The notes: generated by a model from the letters alone, not told the origin. Positions 39,067 through 50,305 are shown, counted from the first letter of the stretch. The stretch: DNA of 64,000 nucleotides from an uncultured delta proteobacterium (GCA_963847445.1 CAWJZV010000014.1:128001-192000), one strand, 5' to 3'. Translations and numbers: made by a program.

Positions 39067-39082
39067 GCAAGCTCCGTACCAA
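39067..39082 (-). promoter_or_regulatory. Sigma-54 (-24/-12) promoter
   Basis: Minus strand TTGGTACGGAGCTTGC (GG-N10-GC); TGTAGGA-type imperfect palindromes at 39169-39186 and 39239-39255. Confidence 0.6.
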
Positions 39083-39430
39083 CTGCGCACCGATCGACCT
39101 AACCTACTTAGATTGAAGCACTAGTTCTGAAATAGTCGAGAGATCGTCAAACTGCGGCGTGACGCGCTTGTATGAGATAGCCTACTGACGATCAACAGCG
39201 CGCACTAGCTAACTCAGTGAAATCTGGGAACTAAACCCTGTAGGATTATCCTGCGCGATTTTCCGTGCTGTAGGATCGATATTTTTGAGTTATTTTGTCT
39301 TTGCGTCTCGGGCTAATCGGCACGCGCCAAGCAACCCATCCGATCGATTTTCACTTTACCCAGTCAATTTACGTCAAACGCTTGCCGGGCTGAAAGAAAA
39401 TAGGTAATTTACCCTGCAACCGGAGTTTCC

Positions 39431-41431
39431 TTGACCACCACTTACATTCTTAAAGATCTAAGCGAACCGATTCGTAACAGCTCAGGGCTCGACTACCGCA
39501 AGGAGTTGAACGAGGCGCAGCATGAGGCGGCGACGGCGATCGACGGGTCGCTGTTGATCATCGCCGGCGCCGGCACGGGCAAGACCCGCACGCTGGTCTA
39601 TCGCGTCGCCCATCTGATCGACCAAGGGATCGATCCGCGGTCGATACTGTTGCTCACCTTTACCCGGCGCTCCGCCGAGGAGATGATTCGCCGCGCCAGT
39701 TTGTTGATCGATGGCCGGTGCAACCAGATCGCCGGCGGGACATTTCACTCCTTCGCCAATCTGGTGCTGCGCGTGCACGGCCGCCATGTCAATCTCGCTT
39801 CGTCGTTCACCATCATGGACCGTCCCGACAGCGAGGATATCATTCAGCTCATCCGCTCCGACATGGGGCTCAATACCAAGGAGAAACGCTTCCCGCGCAA
39901 ACAGACCGTGGCGGAGATCTTGAGCATGACGCTCAACAAGAAAATCCCGTTGAACGAGCTGTTGGAACTCGAGTATCCCCATCTGGTCGAGGTGAATTTC
40001 GAACTTGGCGAAATCCAGCGCCGCTATACGGATTACAAAAGAACCAAGTCCCTGATCGACTACGACGATCTATTGACCAAGCTGCGCGATCTGCTCGCCG
40101 ATCATGCGGAGATCCGCAGCCGCCTGTCCGACACCTATCGTTACATCATGGTCGACGAGTATCAGGATACCAATCATTTGCAGGCGGAGATCGTCCGGCT
40201 GCTGGCCGCGACCCACGACAACGTCGCGGTGGTCGGCGACGACGCCCAGAGCATCTATTCGTTTCGCGGCGCCAACTTTCGCAACATCATGGACTTTCCC
40301 AAGCACTTTCCCGGCGCGCGGATCATCAAGCTGGAAGAGAACTATCGCAGCACCCAGCCGATCTTGAACGTCACCAACGAGATCATCAGCCGCGCCAAGG
40401 AAGGCTACGAGAAGCGGCTGTTCACGCGCAAAAGCGTCGGCACCCGGCCCAAGCTGGTCCAGGCCGACAGCGAGCAGATGCAATCGCAGTTCGTCTGCCA
40501 GAAAGTTTTGGAATTGCGCGAGCAAGGCGTGCCGCTGTGGGACATCGCCGTGCTGTTCCGTTCGAGCTTTCACTCCTTCGACCTGGAAATCGAGCTGGCG
40601 CGCCACAATATTCCATTCGTCAAACGGGGCGGCTTTCAGTTCATGGAAGCGGCCCATGTCAAAGATCTGCTGGCGCATTTACGGGTCATCGCCAATCCGC
40701 AAGACGCGGTGTCATGGAACCGCGTGTTGATGCTGCACGAAGGCATCGGCCCCGGCGCCAGCCAGAAAGTCATCAAATGGCTGCTCGAAGGCGGCAACGC
40801 CGTCGAGCGGCTGCGCAGTTACAACGCCAAGGGCAAGATCGCCCAGGGGCTGCGGACTCTCGCTCAAGTGTTGGAAGAAGCCGTCAAGGCCGAACTGCCA
40901 TCCGAGCAGGCGCAGTATTTGATGCAGTATTATCTGCCGATCTTGAAACAGCACTATCCCGACGATCATCCCAAGCGTCTGCGAGACATGGAACACTTCC
41001 AGGGCATGACCGAGCGCTATCGCAGTCTCGAACGGCTGCTCAGCGACATGGCCCTGGAACCGCCCAACGATAGCATCGGCGGCGTCCTGGCCGTTGATCC
41101 CGACGAAGGGCCGCTGATCCTGTCGACAATTCATTCGGCCAAGGGGTTGGAGTTTCATTCGGTGTTCATCATCTGGGCGCTCGAAGGCCGCTTCCCGTCG
41201 CTTTACAACACCAACTCTCAAGAAGACTTGGAAGAAGAGCGCCGCCTGCTCTATGTCGCCGCCACCCGGGCGAAGCAAAATCTTTTCATCTCATATCCGA
41301 CTCGGGTTTTCGACAAAACCTTGCGCATGGTATTGTCGCAACCTTCGCAGTTTATCGATGGCATGTCATCGCGCATGCTCGAGCCGGTCGCTCTCGTGCC
41401 CGAGGGCTCTTATTGGAATTGGGAGAGTTAA
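39431..41431 (+). CDS. UvrD/PcrA/Rep-family ATP-dependent DNA helicase
   Basis: AGAGTGKT, TFT, GTFHS, VDEYQD, GDDAQSIYSFRGA, LEENYRS, STIHSAKGLE, EERRLLYVAATRA. Confidence 0.95.
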   Translation: MTTTYILKDLSEPIRNSSGLDYRKELNEAQHEAATAIDGSLLIIAGAGTGKTRTLVYRVAHLIDQGIDPRSILLLTFTRRSAEEMIRRASLLIDGRCNQIAGGTFHSFANLVLRVHGRHVNLASSFTIMDRPDSEDIIQLIRSDMGLNTKEKRFPRKQTVAEILSMTLNKKIPLNELLELEYPHLVEVNFELGEIQRRYTDYKRTKSLIDYDDLLTKLRDLLADHAEIRSRLSDTYRYIMVDEYQDTNHLQAEIVRLLAATHDNVAVVGDDAQSIYSFRGANFRNIMDFPKHFPGARIIKLEENYRSTQPILNVTNEIISRAKEGYEKRLFTRKSVGTRPKLVQADSEQMQSQFVCQKVLELREQGVPLWDIAVLFRSSFHSFDLEIELARHNIPFVKRGGFQFMEAAHVKDLLAHLRVIANPQDAVSWNRVLMLHEGIGPGASQKVIKWLLEGGNAVERLRSYNAKGKIAQGLRTLAQVLEEAVKAELPSEQAQYLMQYYLPILKQHYPDDHPKRLRDMEHFQGMTERYRSLERLLSDMALEPPNDSIGGVLAVDPDEGPLILSTIHSAKGLEFHSVFIIWALEGRFPSLYNTNSQEDLEEERRLLYVAATRAKQNLFISYPTRVFDKTLRMVLSQPSQFIDGMSSRMLEPVALVPEGSYWNWES

Positions 41432-41433
41432 AC

Positions 41434-42942
41434 ATGGTGCAGCTCCTCCATTACCTGGTGGTATTCGTCAGCGGCGCGGTCTTGATGGCGTTGGAGATTG
41501 CCGGCAGCCGCGTCCTGGCGCCCAACTTCGGCAGCTCGATCTTTGTCTGGGGCAGTTTGATCTCGGTGGTCATGACCGCGCTCAGCATCGGTTATTACTG
41601 GGGCGGTTGGTTGTCGGCCCGCGAACCCTCCTATGGCAAGCTCGCGACGCTCTTGGTGATCCCCGGGGGCGTGATATTTTTTCTGCCGTTCGTCTATCCG
41701 GCGATGAATGACTGGATCGCCAGCTTCGATCTCGGCAATCGCTTGAGCCCGCTGTTGGCGTGCGCCGTGCTGTTTCTCGTGCCGGGAGTTTTTCTCGGCA
41801 CGGTCTCGCCCTATGTGATTCGTCTGGCGGCGACCAAGATTAACACCGTCGGCAGCACCGCCGGCACGCTCTACGCGGTGTCCACCGCCGGCAGTATTTT
41901 CGGCACGTTGATTACCGCGTTCTATTTGATACCGGTATTAGGCGTCAGCAATATTATTCATTCTTTGGGGGTAACTCTGGTGGTTTTATCGTTTATTGTA
42001 GTACCTTTGATGCGGCTGCAACGCATGACGGTGACGCGGGCGGTCACCACGAGCTGGTTGTTGTTCGGCTCGTTCAACTTGATCGGGACGCCCGTCACTT
42101 GGGCGAAAACTTTGTTGCAAAAAGATACATTTTACCATCGCATCCGCATCGAAGAGGATGAAGACGCGCGCTACATGTATTTCGACCGCACGCTCCAGAG
42201 CGCGATGACGCTCAAAGACCCGACGGCGCTGCGACTAGTCTACTCACGCTACACATCAATCGGCATGACGTTCCGTCCGGATGCCAAACGCATGCTGCTG
42301 ATCGGCCTCGGCGGCGGCTCGATTCCGAAAAAGCTCAATAAGGAATTCCCCAATCTGGAGATCGACGCCATCGAGCTCGATCCGGAGGTCATCCGCATCG
42401 CCAAAGATCATTTCAATGTGAAAGAACATAAGAATCTCCGCCTGCACGCCCAGGACGGGCGGTTGTTCCTGGCACGAACCCAGCAACAATACGACATTAT
42501 CATGCTCGATGCCTATTTCACCGATGCCATGCCGTTTCACCTGGCGACCAAACAGTTCTTCGAGCTGGCGCAGAAAAAGCTCGCGCCCAACGGCGTCGTC
42601 GTGGCCAATCTCATCAGTGCAGTCACCGGCCCGTCGGGCAAGATCGCACGTTCTTTTATTCGCACCCAACGGCAGGTTTTCCCGCAGACCTATATATTCG
42701 CATCGCGACGCCCCGACAATGTCAGCTTGGAGACCATCCAAAACGTCATTATCGTTGCCACCAGGGACAAGCAGCGCGTCGACATCAAGGAAATCGTCAA
42801 ACGCGCCACGGCTCTCGACAAGGGGCTGTTTCCCGACCCAGTCCAAGACATTGCCGTCGCCTACTATGACCGGCCGCTGCCGGAAGACGCCCCGATATTG
42901 ACCGATGATTTCGCACCGACCGACAATCTGCTCAATCCTTAG
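41434..42942 (+). CDS. Fused membrane domain / spermidine synthase-like methyltransferase
   Basis: SGAVLMALEI..SRVLAP.FGSS; IGLGGG, IELDPEV, DGRLFL, YDIIMLDAY, LTDDFAP. Confidence 0.9.
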   Translation: MVQLLHYLVVFVSGAVLMALEIAGSRVLAPNFGSSIFVWGSLISVVMTALSIGYYWGGWLSAREPSYGKLATLLVIPGGVIFFLPFVYPAMNDWIASFDLGNRLSPLLACAVLFLVPGVFLGTVSPYVIRLAATKINTVGSTAGTLYAVSTAGSIFGTLITAFYLIPVLGVSNIIHSLGVTLVVLSFIVVPLMRLQRMTVTRAVTTSWLLFGSFNLIGTPVTWAKTLLQKDTFYHRIRIEEDEDARYMYFDRTLQSAMTLKDPTALRLVYSRYTSIGMTFRPDAKRMLLIGLGGGSIPKKLNKEFPNLEIDAIELDPEVIRIAKDHFNVKEHKNLRLHAQDGRLFLARTQQQYDIIMLDAYFTDAMPFHLATKQFFELAQKKLAPNGVVVANLISAVTGPSGKIARSFIRTQRQVFPQTYIFASRRPDNVSLETIQNVIIVATRDKQRVDIKEIVKRATALDKGLFPDPVQDIAVAYYDRPLPEDAPILTDDFAPTDNLLNP

Positions 42943-43561
42943 CGCCCTCGTCATCCTCGCCGCCTGCTCAGCCTTCGAGCCATCGCCGCCCGCGCGTGTG
43001 GTTCGGGTCAAGGCGCTGGCGGACGTCCCTTTCAGAAATCGCAATCCTGGGTGGGACCAAGAAGCTCGCGGTCTGATCGAGGCGGCATCGGACTACTATG
43101 AAAGAGAGTTCGGCATTCGGCTGGTCACCCAAAACGTTGCCGCTTGGCCCGAAAACGAGCGAGTGCCGTCCACGCCAACCTTGCTGGCGCGCTTACTGAA
43201 ACAATTCCCGGTGACCTCGGCGGATAGCAGCTATGACATCGTGGTCGCTTTTTCCGGCGAAAACGTCAGCCGCATCCTTAGCGACGGCCGGCCGCGCGTC
43301 GATCGCATCGGCAATTGCAGCCAAGGCTTGGCGCGCTACGTCGTCCTGCCGACACGGAAACTGTTTCGCTACACCGGGCAGACCACGGAACTGGACTCCG
43401 ACGTCCTGGCATTGGTCCACGAGGTTGGCCATGTGTTCGGCGCCGAACATGTCGACGACTTCAACTCGATCATGCACGAGAACTTCGATTACCGCAGCGA
43501 ATTCGACTCCAAGAACCGCAAGACCATCCAAAACAACCGCTCCTGCCCATTTGCCAAATAG
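42905..43561 (+). CDS. Metzincin metallopeptidase-like lipoprotein
   Basis: Lipobox LAAC; HEVGHVFGAEH followed by the Met-turn SIM. Confidence 0.82.
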   Translation: MISHRPTICSILSALVILAACSAFEPSPPARVVRVKALADVPFRNRNPGWDQEARGLIEAASDYYEREFGIRLVTQNVAAWPENERVPSTPTLLARLLKQFPVTSADSSYDIVVAFSGENVSRILSDGRPRVDRIGNCSQGLARYVVLPTRKLFRYTGQTTELDSDVLALVHEVGHVFGAEHVDDFNSIMHENFDYRSEFDSKNRKTIQNNRSCPFAK

Positions 43562-43684
43562 CTCGCACGGCGATAGTCGTGTTCACCGAGACGCTGGAAC
43601 CGTTGGAACCTACGGGCCTCTTGGAACTGAGAGGAACGAGTTCCAGACATTGCAAATGTTCCAGGCGTTCCAAAACATTATTCC

Positions 43685-44443
43685 ATGCTGAATAACATCC
43701 GAATCATCTTGGTCCGGCCGCGCGGTTCGGGCAATATCGGCTCGGTGGCGCGAGCGATGAAAAACTTCGGCGGCGGCGAACTCGCCATCGTCGGCAGCGC
43801 GCGCACCCAGAGCTTCTGGGCCAAGGCGATGGCCGTGCACGGCCGCGACGTTCTCAGCGAAGCGAAGTTTTACGACACTATCCGCGCCGCCATCGCCGAT
43901 TGCACGCTGGTGATCGGCACCACCTGCCGCGAGGGGCTCTACCGCGCCCATAGCCAAGCGCCGCGCGAAGTTGCGCCCGTCGTCGCCGCCGCCACCAAGC
44001 AAGGCAAAGTCGCGCTGATCTTCGGCCCCGAAGATCACGGCCTGAGCAATAAAGACCTCGAGCACTGCCAGCTCTTGATCGACATCCCGTCTCATCCCGA
44101 TTACCGTTCGCTCAACGTCGCCCAGGCCGCGGTGGTTTGTTTATACGAATTCTACATCGCTGCCTTGGCGAAGCCGGCGGATGATGCCATCCAACGTGCC
44201 GAGGCCGAGAATATCGAGCGCCTGTTCGACATCATGCGCCACTCGCTGCTTAAGATAGGCTTCTTGAATACGGAGAATCCTGAACATATGCTGCTCGCCT
44301 TCCGACGCATCTTCGGCCGCGCCGCCCTCGAAGACAGAGACGTAAGAATCTTGACCGGCATGTTCCGCCAGATCGAGTGGTACGCCAACCAAGGCTGGAA
44401 AGTCGTCGAGGAAAAAGAAAAGCAGGGGATTAAGATCAGATAA
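43685..44443 (+). CDS. trmJ: SPOUT RNA methyltransferase, TrmJ/LasT family
   Basis: GNIGSVARAMKNFG, IFGPEDHGLSN, SLNVAQA, ILTGMFRQ. Confidence 0.9.
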   Translation: MLNNIRIILVRPRGSGNIGSVARAMKNFGGGELAIVGSARTQSFWAKAMAVHGRDVLSEAKFYDTIRAAIADCTLVIGTTCREGLYRAHSQAPREVAPVVAAATKQGKVALIFGPEDHGLSNKDLEHCQLLIDIPSHPDYRSLNVAQAAVVCLYEFYIAALAKPADDAIQRAEAENIERLFDIMRHSLLKIGFLNTENPEHMLLAFRRIFGRAALEDRDVRILTGMFRQIEWYANQGWKVVEEKEKQGIKIR

Positions 44444-44490
44444 TTATAGCGCAGTGTAATGATGCCAGAGTCGATGAACGAAAGATTGTC

Positions 44491-44777
44491 TTCACCACGA
44501 AGTGATCATGAACTCACGACGTCTACGGAAAATGAAAATATCGGAATTCCCTCCATAGACGATAGCTTAGCATATGCGCGGCGCACGCGGGAATCCAGGG
44601 TGTCAGCGCCCAATCGGACTTGGATACCCGCTTTCGCCGGGTAATGACGCGAAGCCCGGAGCGTGAAAGATATCGCAGATCATCACTGTCACATGTATTT
44701 TCGAAGGAGGACACGAAGTGCACGAAGTTCGGTGAATTAACTTCCGAAACCTTCGTGTCCTTCGTGCCTTCGTGGTG
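44491..44777. repeat. Composite element nested in a family A palindrome
   Basis: TTCACCACGAAG-[~200-bp insert homologous to 19652-19872]-GACACGAAGTGCACGAAG ... CTTCGTGTCCTTCGTGCCTTCGTGGTG. Confidence 0.8.
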
Positions 44778-44870
44778 AATGGAATTTATCCCCGAGGTCC
44801 GCAGATGAAACACTTCGCGGTTGCGGAAAACTAAATTATTTGTTTGCGCCAAGAGGAGCTAAGACGAGCA

Positions 44871-45509
44871 ATGAACGTCAACGATTTCAATCTCAAGAAA
44901 ACCGCCTTGCTGTTTTTCGACATTCTCAACGGCTACGTTGCCGAGCCGGCGCCGGGCCAGCCGCGCGTGCTGAAACCATGGATACAGAATGCCGTAAGGC
45001 TCAGCAAAGCCGGCCGCGCCGCCGGCCTGCCGGTATTCTTCGCCAAGGGCAACCACCGGCCCGACAACGCCACCACCGCGCTGATCGCCACCGACACCAA
45101 TAATTCGCTCACGCCTTGGCCCAACGGCGAAGTCACCAAAACCAAAATGCATGTCATCGCCGGCGACAAGAGTTCCGACGTGCTCGCCGACTTGGAGCCT
45201 GCGCCGGACGATTACTACATCGTCAAATACCGCTGGAGCGCGTTTCACCAGACCTATCTCGATCTCGCCCTGCGCAGCCGCGGCATCGACACGCTGATCG
45301 TCTCGGGCGGCTCGACGGACGTCGGCGTCACTTCGACTTTGTATTCCGCCCGCGACTTGGACTATAACACCATCGTCGCCAGCGACGCTTGCGGCACATC
45401 CCACGATCAGCGCGCCCATGACATGCTGATGGAGCTGGTCTTCCCGCGCATGTCGCGCGTGCGCACGACCGATCAAGTGATCGAGATGATTAACAAGGCT
45501 GGTAGATAA
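44871..45509 (+). CDS. Isochorismatase/cysteine hydrolase family protein
   Basis: TALLFFD, KYRWSAFHQTYLDLALRSRGIDTLIVSG, SARDLDY, SDAC. Confidence 0.9.
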   Translation: MNVNDFNLKKTALLFFDILNGYVAEPAPGQPRVLKPWIQNAVRLSKAGRAAGLPVFFAKGNHRPDNATTALIATDTNNSLTPWPNGEVTKTKMHVIAGDKSSDVLADLEPAPDDYYIVKYRWSAFHQTYLDLALRSRGIDTLIVSGGSTDVGVTSTLYSARDLDYNTIVASDACGTSHDQRAHDMLMELVFPRMSRVRTTDQVIEMINKAGR

Positions 45510-45523
45510 TGTGAAAGAGGTTT

Positions 45524-45603
45524 TCACCACGAAGGCACGAAGGACACGAAGTTCGGAATAGTGTTTTTCCGAAACCTTCGTGCTCTTCGTGCCTTCGTGG
45601 TGA
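45524..45603. repeat. Family A palindrome (tandem CACGAAG units)
   Basis: TCACCACGAAGGCACGAAGGACACGAAGTTCGGAA...TTCCGAAACCTTCGTGCTCTTCGTGCCTTCGTGGTGA. Confidence 0.9.
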
Positions 45604-45657
45604 GATGGAATTTCCTTTCCGCAGCAGACGACAACAAATTGATTGAAGGAGTCACCT

Positions 45658-46795
45658 ATGGCATCGGACATCAGCGCCCCAGTCGGCATCAGCAAGAACA
45701 TCAAACAGATCGGCCGCATGGATTTACCCGGCGGCGGCTCGGTGGTGGTCGAAAACGGCTACGCCTACGTCGGCCACATGGACCCGCCGCACGGCACCTC
45801 GATCATCGACGTCAAAGATCCCAAGCATCCCAAAGTCGTGGCGCATATTGAAATCCCCGAGGGATTGCACTCGCATAAAGTGCGCGTTAGCGGCGACATC
45901 ATGCTGGTCAACTATGAGCGCTATCAAAGCCAAGCAAGAGCTGCAATCGGGACTCAAGGTATTCGACATCTCGAATAAATCGAAGCCCCGTGAGATCGCC
46001 ATGTACAAGACGCCGGGAAAAGGCGTGCATCGCTTCACCTACGACGGCCGCTACGCCTATATCTCGCCGACGGTGGATGGCTATCAAGGTAATATCGCGA
46101 TGATGCTCGACATGAAGAATCCCGAGCAGCCGGAAGAAGCCATGCGCTGGTGGATGCCCGGACAATGGGTCGCCGGTGGCGAGACACCGAACTTCAAAGG
46201 CGCCGACACCCGCTGCCATCATCCGATCCGCCGCGGCGATCGCCTCTATATCAGCTACTGGCATGGCGGCTTCGCCATCGTCGATATAGCCAATTTAAAC
46301 AAGCCGAGAACCGTCAGCATGCTCGACTGGAGCCCGCCCTATCCCTGCCCGACCCACACGACGCTGCCGCTGTTGAATAAAATCATGGAGCGCGACTGGT
46401 TGATCGTCACCGACGAAGAGGTCGGCGAAAAGTTGAACGAAACCCACAACGCCTTTCTCTGGGTCGTCGACATCACCAAAGAAGATCTACCGCTGCCGGT
46501 GGCCACCTTCATCGTCCCCTTCGAAGGAAAATCGACGTCCATGAACCGCTTCGGCGCGCACCAACCCGCCGAGCAAGTCTACGGCAACACGCTCTATGTC
46601 ACCTGGTTCGCCGGCGGCCTGCGCGCCGTGGACTTCTCGAATCCATATCAGCCCAAGGAAGTCGGCTACTACGTCCCCAATCCCGGCAAAGGCCAGAGCG
46701 TCGTCATGAGCAACGATGTTTTCCACGACAAAGACGGCAAGCTGTATTTGATCGATCGCTACGACGGACTGGAAATACTCGAAAGCCAGGTTTAA
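45658..46795 (+). CDS. LVIVD-repeat beta-propeller protein (frameshift near 45930)
   Basis: YAYVGH, IIDVKDPKHP, VFDISNKSKP, LYISYWHGGFAIVD, WFAGGLRAVD.SNPYQPKEVGYY. Confidence 0.87.
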
Positions 46796-46807
46796 GCGGA
46801 GCTTAAA

Positions 46808-46920
46808 CCGTTCAAAGGTTCAAAAGTTCAAGGTTCAATCGGACAGCACAACACGAGCGGAGTCATTTTGTGGCAGCGAGTCTCCGACCTTGAACCTTTG
46901 AACCTTGAACTTTTGAACGG
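46808..46920. repeat. Palindromic repeat with tandem GTTCAA units, family D
   Basis: CCGTTCAAAGGTTCAAAAGTTCAAGGTTCAA ... TTGAACCTTTGAACCTTGAACTTTTGAACGG; related units near 24420, 43594, 50439 and 60647. Confidence 0.85.
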
Positions 46921-46929
46921 CTGTTTTCC

Positions 46930-47574
46930 ATGAAGTTATTCAACGTCGCCTACTCAGGCAACTCCTACAAAGTCCGCCTGCTGCTCGCGCAGTTGGGAAT
47001 CCCCTGCGAGATCGTCGAAGTCGATATTTTGAAAGGCGAAAGCCGCACCGCTGAGTTTCTCAAGATCAATCCCAACGGCCGCACACCAGTGCTCGACGAC
47101 GATGGATTTATCCTGGCCGAATCCAACGCCATCCTCGCCTATCTCGCTCGCGGCACGAAATATCTCCCGGACGATCGAAAGAAATTCGGCCAGGTATTTC
47201 AATGGATGTTCTTCGAGCAATACAGCCACGAACCGTTCATCGCCACCTCGCGCTTCTGGCTCCAACACAAACCCGACTCACCGGAAAAAACCGCGCTGTT
47301 GGCCTCAAAACGCGACGGCGGCTGGGCCGCGCTCAAAATCATGGAAAACCATCTGGCAAAGAACGACTTCTTCGTCGGCGAATATTCCATCGCCGACATC
47401 GCGCTGTTCGCCTACACTCATGTCGCGGATGAAGGCGGCTTTCCGCTGGATGATTTTCCGAAGATTAGCGGCTGGATCGAGCGCGTAACCGAGCAGCGTA
47501 AATTTTTGCCGATGTCCAGGCTGCGGCGAACTTTGCCGATGAATCCACTCAGCCGCTATCGTAGCCTACTCTAA
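46930..47574 (+). CDS. Glutathione S-transferase
   Basis: SGNSYKVRL, INPNGRTPVL, LAESNAIL.YLA, SIADIALFAYT. Confidence 0.93.
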   Translation: MKLFNVAYSGNSYKVRLLLAQLGIPCEIVEVDILKGESRTAEFLKINPNGRTPVLDDDGFILAESNAILAYLARGTKYLPDDRKKFGQVFQWMFFEQYSHEPFIATSRFWLQHKPDSPEKTALLASKRDGGWAALKIMENHLAKNDFFVGEYSIADIALFAYTHVADEGGFPLDDFPKISGWIERVTEQRKFLPMSRLRRTLPMNPLSRYRSLL

Positions 47575-49272
47575 CCGGCATTCGACGCGCATAGCGGCGC
47601 AGCACGTACTGGCTCATATTCCGGGCCAGTTCGCGTTCACCGAGAAAGATTTTTCCGGCATTTTCTTTTTCTAGCAACCCGCCTCTTCCTCACTGTGTGT
47701 GCGCACCACGGTCTCGATGCGCGGGTTGACGGTCCGCGCGATCTCGATCATACGGCGGACGTTCAAGGTATCGGGCGTGGCGATGACTAACATACGCGCG
47801 CGGTGAATATGGGCCTGGACCAGCACCATCGGCTCGGTCGCATCCCCCGATACTGCCGCGATGCCATTCTTTCGCGCCGCCTCGATGATCTCGCGATTCT
47901 CCTCCGCGAGCACAAACGAGATCCCCTGCGCCGAGAGCTCAGCGCCGATGCGTCGCCCGACTCTGCCGTAACCGACGAGCACGACATGGCCGGAGAGCCG
48001 ATTCAGGTCGACGCTCATCGGTAATGTCGCGAGGGGATCGTCGGGACGCTCGAATAGTTGGGCGCGTTTCGACTTTGCCCGAATCCATACCTGCAACGGC
48101 TCGATCGCGTGGAAGACCAGCGGATTGACGGCGATCGAAATAATCGCTCCGGCAAGAATTAGACTTCTAGCTTCTTCCGGCAGAATGCCCAGGGACAGCC
48201 CCAATCCAGCAAGGATAAAAGAAAACTCGCCGATCTGAGCTAGACCCGCGGAGACCGTTAGGGCGGTATTGAGCGGATAACCGAAGAGCAAGACCAATGC
48301 AAAAGCGGCGAGAGATTTTCCGATAACTATAATCGCCACAACCGCCACAATATGAAGCGGTTCGTGAACCAGCACCTGGGGATCAAAGAGCATGCCGACC
48401 GAAACGAAAAACAAAACCGAAAAAGAGTCTCTGAAAGGCAACGACTCCTCCGCAGCCCGGTGACTCAATGGCGACTCGCGCATGACCATTCCCGCGAAGA
48501 ACGCGCCGAGGGCGAACGAGACCCCGAAGAGTTCGGCGGCGCCGTAGGCGATCCCCATCGCAAGGGCAATGACACACAAGGTGAAAAGTTCGCGCGGTCC
48601 AACACGCGCGATATGCCAGGCGATCCAGGGAACCAAACGTCGCCCGCCGATCACCATAAAGCCGACAAAAAGCGCGACTTTGCCCAAGGTCAACGCGAGA
48701 GCGGTGAACAATTCTTGACCGCTAACTTGATCGCGCCCGGAACCGCCGAGCCACAAAGAAAGGGGCGGCAATAGAACCAAAACCAGCACCGTGACCAAAT
48801 CCTCGACGATCAACCAACCGACCGCGATGTGCCCGTTGACCGTTTCCAGAATACCCCGGCTTTCCAAGGCTCTGAGCAGCACAACCGTGCTCGCGACCGA
48901 TAATGTCAGTCCGAACACGAGCCCCTCGGCGAGATTCCAACCCCAAAGATTGCTAAGGGCAAGTCCAAGCAATGTCGCGACGGTGATCTGCACGATCGCT
49001 CCCGGGATAGCAATCTTGCGAACCGCCAGCAGCTCGTCAATGGAGAAATGCAGTCCGACACCGAACATCAGCAGCATGACGCCAATTTCGGCAAGCTGAG
49101 CCGAAAGTTCCGCGTCCGCGACAAAGCCGGGAGTAAATGGACCGATGACAATGCCGGCAGCAAGGTAGCCGATCAGCACCGGCAGCTTGAACCGCGCGGC
49201 CAGAAAGCCAAGAGCCAATGCCGCGCCAAGCGCGGCGACGAGCGTCGTAATCAGGGCAACGTTATGTGGCAA
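47549..49272 (-). CDS. ybaL: Kef/CPA2 family K+ transporter, YbaL/RosB-like (frameshift near 47678)
   Basis: GYLAAGIVIGPFTPG, LAEIGVMLLMFGVGLHFS, LAQIGEFSF, TrkA-N GYGRVG; C-terminal LLEKENAGKIFLGERELA in a shifted frame. Confidence 0.9.
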
Positions 49273-49404
49273 ATGCAGGACTCCATTTCTTTACTTTTAA
49301 AGATCCGTGCTTGGATGAAGACAACTGACACCCGCACGGTGGGTAAACTCATGCGAAAAGATACAACAATGGCGAGTTAGGGCAACATGGCGCAGTCGTA
49401 TTAA

Positions 49405-50305
49405 TTAGGAATGCCTCCCCTCCTCCATCTCCTCCAACGTCCGCGGCCAATCGTCTTTGAGCAGACGCGACAGGCTGCGGTCCGCGAGCAATTTGCCGCC
49501 GGTCTGGCACTTGGCGCAGTAGTTGGTCTCGTTCTCGGCGTAGACGATGCGCTGCACCGGCGCGCCGCACACCGGACAGGGTTTGCGATACTTGCCGTGA
49601 ACCGCCATGTCGTCGCGGAAGGCAGTCACCCGCTCGGGGAAATTCTTGCCGGTGTCTTTGCGCAGACGTTCGATCCATTCCGCCATGCAGTCGCGCGTCG
49701 CATGGAACAACCTTTCGATTTCCTCGTCGCTCAATAGCTTGATCTGTTTGACCGGCGACAGCTTGGCGCGATGCAGGATTTCATCCGAGTAAGCGTTGCC
49801 GATGCCGCTGAACACATGGGGATCGGTCAAGGTTCGTTTCAGCGTGTGATTCTCGCGCGTCAGCGCGGCACGAAAAGACGCCAGATTGGCGTCGAAAATC
49901 TCCAGGCCGCCGGGATCATGTTCTTGGAGATGCTCTCGGCCCTGGACCAGATGCAGCGAAGCCCGCTTCTTGGTCCCCATCTCCGTAAGCAACAGCGTCG
50001 CCATGGGAAAATCGAACGCCGCGTGGCCGTACTTGCGCGGCACGGCGATGCCGCGCTTCTTCCAGTGGAACCGGCCGGTGATCATCAGATGGAAAACCAG
50101 AAACAGCTCGTCTTCGAGCTCGAAGACAATGCGCTTGCCGATGCGCTGGAAGCCGACAACCTTTTTACCTTCGGCAGAACCAATCGGCGGCTCGAAGGTG
50201 CGCAGAAGAAACGGATTGCCGAGGCGGATTTTTTCGAGAGGCTGATTGAGCAGCCGCGACTGCCAGCGCCTCGATGTAGATGGTGATGTCAGGCAGCTCC
50301 GGCAT
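49405..50305 (-). CDS. Fpg/Nei family DNA glycosylase/AP lyase (frameshift near 50265)
   Basis: N-terminal MPELPD at 50305, RIGKR, HLMITG, H2[13 protein letters not shown], zinc finger CPVC...CAKCQ. Confidence 0.92.

Noticed and set aside
44871-45509. Cysteine hydrolase lacking the catalytic Cys (STDVGV)
   Set aside because: A Cys-to-Gly subgroup is already known (E. coli YecD-like TNIGV), so this is not novel.
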